Positions 8,194 through 17,692 of a stretch of DNA of 28,906 nucleotides are shown piece by piece. The first letter of the stretch is position 1. Every line of letters starts with the position of its first letter. A program made the position numbers and the translations under genes. The notes under the pieces are model-generated. The model did not search any database. It saw nothing but the letters and a program-made list of their open reading frames with translations, and had not been told where the DNA came from. Location of the stretch: positions 1 through 28,906 of the forward strand of contig NIVC01004997.1 in NCBI GenBank assembly GCA_002269645.1. Direction: 5' to 3'. This DNA is from Macrostomum lignano. Its lineage: Eukaryota.

Positions 8194-11100
8194 CCTCCCG
8201 GTTCCCTCCCGGTTCCCTCCCGGTTCCCTCCCGGTTCCCTCCCGGTTCCCTCCCGGTTCCCTCCCGGTTCCCTCCCGGTTCCCTCCCGGTTCCCTCCCGG
8301 TTCCCTCCCGGTTCCCTCCCGGTTCCCTCCCGGTTCCCTCCCGGTTCCCTCCCGGTTCCCTCCCGGTTCCCTCCCGGTTCCCTCCCGGTTCCCTCCCGGT
8401 TCCCTCCCGGTTCCCTCCCGGTTCCCTCCCGGTTCCCTCCCGGTTCCCTCCCGGTTCCCTCCCGGTTCCCTCCCGGTTCCCTCCCGGTTCCCTCCCGGTT
8501 CCCTCCCGGTTCCCTCCCGGTTCCCTCCCGGTTCCCTCCCGGTTCCCTCCCGGTTCCCTCCCGGTTCCCTCCCGGTTCCCTCCCGGTTCCCTCCCGGTTC
8601 CCTCCCGGTTCCCTCCCGGTTCCCTCCCGGTTCCCTCCCGGTTCCCTCCCGGTTCCCTCCCGGTTCCCTCCCGGTTCCCTCCCGGTTCCCTCCCGGTTCC
8701 CTCCCGGTTCCCTCCCGGTTCCCTCCCGGTTCCCTCCCGGTTCCCTCCCGGTTCCCTCCCGGTTCCCTCCCGGTTCCCTCCCGGTTCCCTCCCGGTTCCC
8801 TCCCGGTTCCCTCCCGGTTCCCTCCCGGTTCCCTCCCGGTTCCCTCCCGGTTCCCTCCCGGTTCCCTCCCGGTTCCCTCCCGGTTCCCTCCCGGTTCCCT
8901 CCCGGTTCCCTCCCGGTTCCCTCCCGGTTCCCTCCCGGTTCCCTCCCGGTTCCCTCCCGGTTCCCTCCCGGTTCCCTCCCGGTTCCCTCCCGGTTCCCTC
9001 CCGGTTCCCTCCCGGTTCCCTCCCGGTTCCCTCCCGGTTCCCTCCCGGTTCCCTCCCGGTTCCCTCCCGGTTCCCTCCCGGTTCCCTCCCGGTTCCCTCC
9101 CGGTTCCCTCCCGGTTCCCTCCCGGTTCCCTCCCGGTTCCCTCCCGGTTCCCTCCAGGTTCCCTCCCGGTTCCCTCCCGGTTCCCTCCCGGTTCCCTCCA
9201 GGTTCCCTCCAGGTTCCCTCCCGGTTCCCTCCCGGTTCCCTCCCGATTCCCTCCCGATTCCCTCCCGATTCCCTCCCGGTTCCCTCCCGGTTCCCTCCAG
9301 GTTCCCTCCCGGTTCCCTCCAGGTTCCCTCCAGGTTCCCTCCAGGTTCCCTCCAGGTTCCCTCCAGGTTCCCTCCCGGTTCCCTCCCGGTTCCCTCCGGT
9401 TCCCTCACGGTTCCCTCCCGGTTCCCTCCCGGTTCCCTCCCGGTTCCTCCCGGTTCCCTCCCGGTTCCCTCCCGGTTCCCTCCAGGTTCCCTCCCGGTTC
9501 CCTCCCGGTTCCCTCCAGGTTCCCTCCCGGTTCCCTCCCGGTTCCCTCCCGGTTCCCTCCCGGTTCCCTCCCGGTTCCCTCCCGGTTCCCTCCCGATTCC
9601 CTCCCGGTTCCCTCCCGGTTCCCTCCAGGTTCCCTCCCGGTTCCCTCCCGATTCCCTCCCGGTTCCCTCCCGGTTCCCTCCCGGTTCCCTCCAGGTTCCC
9701 TCCCGGTTCCCTCCCGGTTCCCTCCCGGTTCCCTCCAAGTTCCCTCCAGGTTCCCTCCAGGTTCCCTCCCGGTTCCCTCCCGGTTCCCTCCCGATTCCCT
9801 CCCGGTTCCCTCCCGGTTCCCTCCCGGTTCCCTCCAGGTTCCCTCCCGGTTCCCTCCAGGTTCCCTCCAGGTTCCCTCCAGGTTCCCTCCAGGTTCCCTC
9901 CCGGTTCCCTCCCGGTTCCCTCCCGGTTCCCTCCCGGTTCCCTCACGGTTCCCTCCCGGTTCCCTCCCGGTTCCCTCCCGGTTCCCTCCCGGTTCACTCC
10001 CGGTTCCTCCCGGTTCCCTCCCGGTTCCCTCCCGGTTCCCTCCCGGTTCCCTCCAGGTTCCCTCCCGGTTCCCTCCAGGTTCCCTCCCGGTTCCCTCCCG
10101 GTTCCCTCCCGGTTCCCTCCCGGTTCCCTCCCGGTTCCCTCCCGGTTCCCTCCCGGTTCCCTCCAGGTTCCCTCCCGGTTCCCTCCCGGTTCCCTCCCGG
10201 TTCCCTCCCGGTTCCCTCCCGGTTCCCTCCCGGTTCCCTCCCGGTTCCCTCCCGGTTCCCTCCCGGTTCCCTCCCGGTTCCCTCCCGGTTCCCTCCCGGT
10301 TCCCTCCCGGTTCCCTCCCGGTTCCCTCCCGGTTCCCTCCAGGTTCCCTCCCGGTTCCCTCCCGGTTCCCTCCCGGTTCCCTCCCGGTTCCCTCCCGGTT
10401 CCCTCCCGGTTCCCTCCCGGTTCCCTCCCGGTTCCCTCCCGGTTCCCTCCCGGTTCCCTCCCGGTTCCCTCCCGGTTCCCTCCCGGTTCCCTCCCGGTTC
10501 CCTCCCGGTTCCCTCCCGGTTCCCTCCCGGTTCCCTCCCGGTTCCCTCCCGGTTCCCTCCCGGTTCCCTCCCGGTTCCCTCCCGGTTCCCTCCCGGTTCC
10601 CTCCCGGTTCCCTCCCGGTTCCCTCCCGGTTCCCTCCCGGTTCCCTCCCGGTTCCCTCCCGGTTCCCTCCCGGTTCCCTCCCGGTTCCCTCCCGGTTCCC
10701 TCCCGGTTCCCTCCCGGTTCCCTCCCGGTTCCCTCCCGGTTCCCTCCCGGTTCCCTCCCGGTTCCCTCCCGGTTCCCTCCCGGTTCCCTCCCGGTTCCCT
10801 CCCGGTTCCCTCCCGGTTCCCTCCAGGTTCCCTCCCGGTTCCCTCCCGGTTCCCTCCCGGTTCCCTCCCGGTTCCCTCCCGGTTCCCTCCCGGTTCCCTC
10901 CCGGTTCCCTCCCGGTTCCCTCCCGGTTCCCTCCCGGTTCCCTCCCGGTTCCCTCCCGGTTCCCTCCCGGTTCCCTCCCGGTTCCCTCCCGGTTCCCTCC
11001 CGGTTCCCTCCCGGTTCCCTCCCGGTTCCCTCCCGGTTCCCTCCCGGTTCCCTCCCGGTTCCCTCCCGGTTCCCTCCCGGTTCCCTCCCGGTTCCCTCCC

Positions 11101-11900
11101 GGTTCCCTCCCGGTTCCCTCCCGGTTCCCTCCCGGTTCCCTCCAGGTTCCCTCCCGGTTCCCTCCCGGTTCCCTCCCGGTTCCCTCCCGGTTCCCTCCCG
11201 GTTCCCTCCCGGTTCCCTCCCGGTTCCCTCCAGGTTCCCTCCCGGTTCCCTCCAGGTTCCCTCCCGGTTCCCTCCCGGTTCCCTCCAGGTTCCCTCCAGG
11301 TTCCCTCCAGGTTCCCTCCCGGTTCCCTCCCGGTTCCCTCCCGGTTCCCTCCCGGTTCCCTCCCGGTTCCCTCCCGGTTCCCTCCCGGTTCCCTCCCGGT
11401 TCCCTCCCGGTTCCCTCCCGGTTCCCTCCAGGTTCCCTCCCGGTTCCCTCCCGGTTCCCTCCCGGTTCCCTCCCGGTTCCCTCCCGGTTCCCTCCGGTTC
11501 CCTCCCGGTTCCCTCCCGGTTCCCTCCCGGTTCCCTCCCGGTTCCCTCCCGGTTCCCTCCCGGTTCCCTCCCGGTTCCCTCCAGGTTCCCTCCCGGTTCC
11601 CTCCCGGTTCCCTCCAGGTTCCCTCCCGGTTCCCTCCCGGTTCCCTCCCGGTTCCCTCCCGGTTCCCTCCAGGTTCCCTCCCGGTTCCCTCCCGGTTCCC
11701 TCCCGGTTCCCTCCCGGTTCCCTCCCGGTTCCCTCCCGGTTCCCTCCCGGTTCCCTCCAGGTTCCCTCCCGGTTCCCTCCCGATTCCCTCCCGGTTCCCT
11801 CCCGGTTCCCTCCCGGTTCCCTCCAGGTTCCCTCCCGGTTCCCTCCCGGTTCCCTCCCGGTTCCCTCCAGGTTCCCTTCCCGGTTCATTCCCTCCCGGGT
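8194..11900. repeat. 11-bp satellite, about 335 copies (CCCTCCCGGTT)
   Basis: Directly visible. Perfect for the first 960 bp or so, then scattered CCAGG, CCGATT and CACGG variants and 1-bp deletions. It explains all the 500-1270 aa ORFs here. Confidence 0.99.
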
Positions 11901-12526
11901 TCAATTGGGAATTCGGTTTATGCCGTTGGGAACTGTAATTAGTGGACAATATTAATCATTGAAAGTGATTACAGAATCTAAATTTCATGGCGTCACAATG
12001 TCTGGATCTCTTTGCCATGACACAGGTGTTTTTTCACCCGTCAATCAGGCCATTGTTTGGAACTATCGACTTCAATTCAAAATCGGAAGCAAAAATCAGA
12101 AAGACAGTAAAATTTCGATCGCTGAAAACATTTTTTCTGAAAAACTTGAATTGCAATTCTGCACTCAAGAACCGACGTGCGGCACCTGGGTTACTGAGGA
12201 CGATGAAACAAACAATGATTTCTTTAATTTCCTGATCATTAGGGAAAGCAGACAAGGGAATTTCAAATTCAGGTGGCAATCTCCAATATTGCTAGCTGAC
12301 AATTCCTGCCCTTAATGAGATGACCGCTAATAATGAGAGTGCGTGCTCACATAGGAAATCACAACAATAGCTAGCAGGCAACTTCATTTTGAAAAATTAG
12401 TTTCGCGTTGCGTGGTGACCTACAAATCGACTAGTACATGTTTTTACATGCGTATTTTTATAATTTCGCAAGCCCAAAAAATGCCCTGTTTCCTTTTTTC
12501 CTATCATGATAAACACCAGCGCTGTT

Positions 12527-12887
12527 GGGTGTTGGCTATAAAATCTGTGCTAGTGGGGTGTTGGCTATAGAATCTGTGCTAGTGGGGTGTTGGCTATAAA
12601 ATCTGTGCAAGTGGGGTGTTGGCTATAAAATCTGTGCTAGTGGGGTGTTGGCTATAAAATCTGTGCTAGTGGGGTGTTGGCAATAAAATCTGTGCTAGTG
12701 GGGTGTTGGTTATAAAATCTGTGCTAGTGGGGTGTTGGCTATAAAATCTGTGCTAGTGGGGTGTTGGCTATAAAATCTGTGCTAGTGGGGTGTTGGCAAT
12801 AAAATCTGTGCTAGTGGGGTGTTGGCAATAAAACCTGTGCTAGTGGGATGTTGGCAATAAAACCTGTGCTAGTGGGGCTATAAAATC
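12527..12887. repeat. 29-bp minisatellite, about 12 copies (GTGTTGGCTATAAAATCTGTGCTAGTGGG)
   Basis: Period 29 measured from ATCTGTGC at 12601, 12630 and 12659. Confidence 0.96.
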
Positions 12888-12945
12888 CGATTTAGAGGTT
12901 GGCTGTAATTTTTTTCATTTAAGCCAATTCAATTTAAACTCGCAG

Positions 12946-13115
12946 GCAACACTTGGCGTGTGCTGCTCATCATCCTCTGCGTTCTGCTCATCGCCACTCC
13001 CATTGTCGCAGTGTTTGCTGTTCAGAGGCTTCAGCAGCAGCGCTACGCCTCAGCCTCGCTTAACGATGCGGCGGCCAGAGTGCCTCTGGATGACAAGAGT
13101 GGAGCCAGCATCTGA
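12946..13115 (+). CDS. Terminal exon C: single transmembrane helix and short cytoplasmic tail
   Basis: Acceptor AAACTCGCAG| at 12945, phase 1. Reads (S/G)NTWRVLLIILCVLLIATPIVAVFAVQRLQQQRYASASLNDAAARVPLDDKSGASI*, with a 21-aa hydrophobic stretch followed by polar and basic residues. Missed by the ORF track, which reports another frame. Confidence 0.7.
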
Positions 13116-13226
13116 TTGTCGAGGCAAAGCGAGCTCCATCAACTCTACGGCAAAAGATGTATTTTTTCTTATCAATTTGCACAGACTGCATGTATGGTTT
13201 TGTACTGAAGCATGTGCTGAAATGAG

Positions 13227-13232
13227 AATAAA
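13227..13232 (+). terminator. Candidate polyadenylation signal AATAAA for the membrane protein gene
   Basis: First AATAAA after the exon C stop, about 110 nt downstream. Confidence 0.45.
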
Positions 13233-13260
13233 ACACAACAGATGCTACTGTAATGCCACA

Positions 13261-13565
13261 TAATATTAATAATAATATAATTTTTGATTACGCTTGCTCT
13301 AATGGGCAGTTGTGCAACCGACAGCTCAGCCGCAGCTATTGCGCGGCGCATCTGAAGGCTGCGTACGGCTGTTTAGTCAAAAGACTTGGGGGTCGCCACA
13401 CATATCCTCAATTACCTCAGCTAATCCTGGTACCCATTTTACAGCTGGGTGAACTGAACAGTTGTGTCTTGCTCAGGGGCACAAATTGTTTCGAGTGGGT
13501 CGAGAATCGAACCCCCGACCGTTCAGTCGTGATTCCGACGCTCTGACCACTCGGCTACAAGCAGT
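13261..13565 (-). mobile_element. Second tRNA-derived SINE family with conserved-type core and (ATT)n-like tail
   Basis: Minus strand reads GCTTGTAGCCGAGTGGTCAGAGCG (A box) ... GGGGTTCGATTCTCG (B box), then TGTGCCCCTGAGCAAGACAC ... CACCCAGCTGTAAAATGGGTACC, with a tail of AT/ATT repeats at 13261-13285. No TSD seen. Confidence 0.8.
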
Positions 13566-13807
13566 ATACAAGGCGTAGCTGAAGGGCAGGCAAGGTGGCC
13601 GTAGAACCCTAACCTAAAATTTATGTTTATGTGAAACAGCTTATATAGCTAGTATCTGCTTTTCAAAAATTTCGATTGCGAAAATGCTACTATCAGTAGC
13701 AAGTAGTGAAATTTTGTTCGCGTGAGCAGAATAATTAATTAATAATTGAAACAGGATTATCGAATAGTTAGAGCTAGATAAATTTAAATTTTAACTATTT
13801 TACCAAG

Positions 13808-14225
13808 CTGTCTCATTGTGTAACAGCTCATCCATCTCATCTCCCCAACTGTCTCATTGTGTAACAGCTCATCCATCTCATCTCCCCAGTATCAGCTCAT
13901 CTATCTCATCTCCCCAGTATCAGCTCTTCTATCTCATCTCCCCAGTATCAGCTCATCTATCTCATCTCCCCAGTATCAGCTCATCCATCTCATCTCCCCA
14001 GTATCAGTTCATCTATCTCATCTCCCCAGTATCAGCTCATCCATCTCATCTCCCCAGCTGTCTCATTGTGTATCAGCTCATCCATCTCATCTCCCCAGTA
14101 TCAGTTCATCTATCTCATCTCCCCAGTATCAGCTCATCCATCTCATCTCCCCAGCTGTCTCATTGTGTATCAGCTCATCAATCTTATCTCCCTAACTGTC
14201 TCAATTTATCCTGACAGCTCATCTA
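13808..14225. repeat. 28-bp pyrimidine-rich minisatellite (TATCAGCTCATCCATCTCATCTCCCCAG) with longer units carrying CTGTCTCATTGTG
   Basis: Directly visible, about 13 units. It explains the SSISSPQ-type ORFs. Confidence 0.93.
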
Positions 14226-14824
14226 TCCTGACAGAAAGAACAGATTCTGTCAGACTCCCTTGGAGAATCAAACATCCGGGTAAGCGGGCCTCATCCGTGA
14301 ACAGGACCAGCAACTTTCTTGCAGAAGCTGGGAGAGAAGTTCTGGCAGCAGCTGGCAGAAATTAGAGGGCAGAGTTACTCTACAACAGTAGTTATGCGAA
14401 CGTAATCGCAAGAATCCAGATATACAAACAGGCGAGAGTCAGTCAAAGCTACAGGCCGAAAAATCGATTTAAAAAAAGAAAGGATAGAAAAACTGCGTCT
14501 CTCAAGGAGTGTACGAAAATTATAGAAACTGACTCTCAGTCGGATTTTCAGCCTTGCCATCTGAGTGGCATAACTGAACTGAGCTGAAGATAATTGACGC
14601 GTGCCAACAAGGAACAACAAGGGCGTTGAGAAGAAATAATAAATAACAGATGTGATTCTTGGCCTGCAGAGGGTGCGCGTCTGCCTTCACGGGGGTAATA
14701 ACCGTAAACTATTGCGACACCGCGAGCAGAGCACAAATTGGAGGTTTAAAAGCTAGCCATCCCGCGACAACCCCCAACGCAGACGCCACCCTGCCACCCC
14801 TAACACACTTTGTACGCTCTGCCC

Positions 14825-15101
14825 ACAAAGCACACCTATGAGTGAAGGTAGCTGCAATGCTGACAGTAGCCGTTGAGTTGCAGTGTTAATTCCGCTGAAT
14901 AGCAATTTCGAAGGGACAAATTTGAGTATTGATCTCGATCAATTCCACCAACTAGCGATATTAACAAAGTCAACACAGGCAGACGTGACGTGCATCATAG
15001 TGACGGCAGTGACGCCTGCAGCCTGATGCTTCTGTGCGCTGGAGGAAATAACGAAGCTGCATGTCTGGAGCGATGATGCCAGTGCAAATAGTTTAGAAAA
15101 A
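14825..15101 (+). repeat. Short copy of an unclassified dispersed repeat (longer copy at 23192-24170)
   Basis: Three blocks match, in the same order, 23216-23356, 23615-23684 and 24121-24170 (for example GGTAGCTGCAATGCTGA, GGCAGTGACGCCTGCAG, CGAAGCTGCAT..GATGCCAGTG). Confidence 0.75.
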
Positions 15102-15659
15102 GCTTGCAAAACGAGCGATTGTTAATAGGATCGATGTTATCTGGTCACGACAAGCAGTCACGCTGATGCGACCGGCCCAGTGCGAGCCGCCGGTATGGCA
15201 GGACAACCCGGCACTCGGCAAGCGACCCAGTGGGACAACTAAGTGGGGCGTACAGTGGGCGGTGTGCACACTTGCGACTGCCTGTTGAGAGCAGTCGGTA
15301 AATATTTTTATTTTCAATTTACAATGAATTATGATCTGATTTTTGATGAAAAGCGTGATTCTGTACTCGTAATACTTTATTTAGCCTTAATAAGAACCAT
15401 TCTTCCATCCCAATCGAGGCCGCCCGGTGATCGTCCGGCAATTTAACTTTGGCATGTTTTATGTTCAAGCAGCTTAATTTAATAGCTCTGCTTGTTCAGC
15501 TTAGCGGGAGAACCATTTTTATCCCAATATTAGGTTAGGTTGGAGTAGAGCTGAAAGCCCCCGGAGACCAACTTTTTGTGTTGGCAGTCGAAAGAAGATT
15601 AGAAACATCAAATTGACAATAAATATGAAATATTTGCGCTTCTGTCATGAATGTGTTAT

Positions 15660-16457
15660 TGTGACTTGAGTGCACTATTCTACGCCGGGCCAGTCTGGCC
15701 GGCCTCTCCCCCCCTCCTCAGATATTTTCTGACTCACCCACCTTCACTTCTCTCTCTGCCTAGGCCTTGTCTGTTTATTCACCCCCCCATTCTTTGCGTG
15801 CGACCCCACCCCATTCTTTTGTAAGCCTAGCTGCCCCGCCCCTGTAGTTTGTGATTGGCTGCCAGTCCCAGTCTGCCGTGCTGCGCTCTCGGCGATTAGC
15901 TGGCACTTCTCATTTTGGTCCCATGTCGTTTTCTAAACTCCCTGTTGCCGCCTTCATCCCGCGCCCTCGACCCCAGTTTGCTGCCTATAAATTCAGACCC
16001 CGTGAGACCCCATTTCCGTCGTTCTCGTCGCTCCCCGGTGATTGTTGCCAGTGTTGGTTGCTATTACACTAAATTGTCCTTAATTGTCCTAATTGTTCTA
16101 AATAAATAGAAATACAAATAGAGAATACCAAGAAGACTCCCACCGCTCTGTCGGCGTTGTTTCCGGGTTGAACGACCGAAATCGCGGCTGGTAAGCCTTC
16201 CACCTTGCAAGTCATTTGGGGTCTGCATCTGTACTAGGCACCTTAGAGGGATTAAGTGCGTCGTACGCCGGTCCCACCCCAAGCAGCTTTGCGTCGTACG
16301 CGAGACTGTAGGCTATCGTGCGTCGCACGCTCGTGCAGCCTGGTCCCGACGGACACCGCGTCGTACGCGTGTCAGTGGAGGACCGCAGCCAGGGTTAGTA
16401 CGCGAACCCGGGTCTGGAAAGGGGCACGAAGGGACCGAGCCCGTGAGCCCCATCACA
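15660..16457 (+). promoter_or_regulatory. LTR/promoter-like segment: GC box, inverted CCAAT, TATA, AATAAA and a GCGTCGTACGC array
   Basis: CCCCGCCC at about 15834, GATTGGCT at about 15853, CCTATAAATT at about 15982 and AATAAA at about 16102. TGTGA (15660) and TCACA (16453-16457) form a 5-bp inverted pair, but there is no TSD. Confidence 0.3.
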
Positions 16458-16939
16458 AAACTTCTATAAGCTTTGTCTTGCTTTGCCATCTATTTTGAAT
16501 TGCTGCTCAACCTGCTGGCTTAAAATGCCCCTTAGAAGTAGAGTTACGGACTCCTCACTGGGTGAAACTAATGTCTGCAATGCTCGACCTCATGCTGTTG
16601 GCCAGAAACCCATGATCGATCTGAAAAATGCTGCAGCAACTGTTACAGCTTTGAGTTGGTGTCCACTAGAATAACAGAATAATTTTTATACCTGGATGGC
16701 GCTGTGCAGCTGGGATATTTCTAAGCAGAGCAAAACTAGTTACTGATTTTTTAGATATTTTGTTTTGGCAACGCTGTTTTAACCTGGAATTTAAACCCGC
16801 AGAATTTGGAACCCTGTATCTATTTTGCTTCTTAGATTTAAAGAAATCGAACAAAAACTTATTTAAATAGTGATGATAGAAGTTAGTAAAAACCAAATTA
16901 GGATTACCATTTCGATTCCTTTGGTTTATTTCAGCAGGA

Positions 16940-17215
16940 TTGTATTGCCTCTACTTTTCTCTACTTCTCTTTCATCTGTCCTCTCTCCATCCATCTATTA
17001 ACTATTCCTCACACTCCCTTCCATCTGTCTACTCTCCCCTCTCTCCCTTTGTTCATTCTGTCCTCCCTCCCTCCCTTCTATCTGTCTACTTTCACTCTGT
17101 TATCCCTGTCTTCCTCTTCTGCTGTACCCTCTCTCCATCATCCCTCTCTTGCCTCTGCCCTGCCTCCCTTCCATCTGTCCTCTGCTGCTCTCTCTCTCTG
17201 CCTTGTCTACCGCTT
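16940..17215. repeat. Degenerate CT-rich low-complexity tract
   Basis: Pyrimidine-dominated, with CTCT, CCTCCC and CATCTGT submotifs. Confidence 0.8.
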
Positions 17216-17692
17216 TTTCTTTGACTTTTTTGACTTTGAAACTTGAAAATTTACAGGTAATGTTAGGAAATAGTTAAAGGTGTTAGTGTAAAATTTGAAT
17301 AGGATTGGTTGAAGGTTTGAAGACTTGAATTTAGGAAGTTTTAAGGTAACCTTAAGTCTTTTCCATAGTGAATTTAGTGTGGGTGTAAATTTTAATGAAG
17401 TTTGTAATGTTTGTAAGTTTCTAACTCACAGTGTAATGTGAAACTATACATTTGCTAAAAATATCAACCCTTTCGTTTCAGAGGACACCCAAATCAGATT
17501 GATATAAGCAGATAGAATCGTTCATCATTGTAAATGCAAGACAGGACAAGCATGCAAAACAGCGTGGGGCGTCGTTGTTGAAAGGCTAAACTTTGTACTT
17601 AAAACGTAAAAAATATAGTAACTGTAACATTCACATGGGTATTAATGGTATAATAAGTATATTTAGGAACGAGTTATTAAATTAAATTAAAG

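Noticed and set aside
8127-11955. 1271-aa, 1254-aa, 827-aa and similar ORFs (PGSLPVPSRFP / GNREGTGREP)
   Set aside because: The 11-bp unit has no stop on either strand, ORFs are open in all frames, and 1-bp deletions shift frames freely. This is a satellite artefact.
11959-12315. 118-aa ORF after the satellite
   Set aside because: No recognisable domain, AT-rich intron-like composition, and incompatible splice phases.
13490-13565. Bona fide tRNA genes here and at 6600-6676
   Set aside because: The acceptor and anticodon stems do not pair properly, and both continue into SINE bodies with tails.
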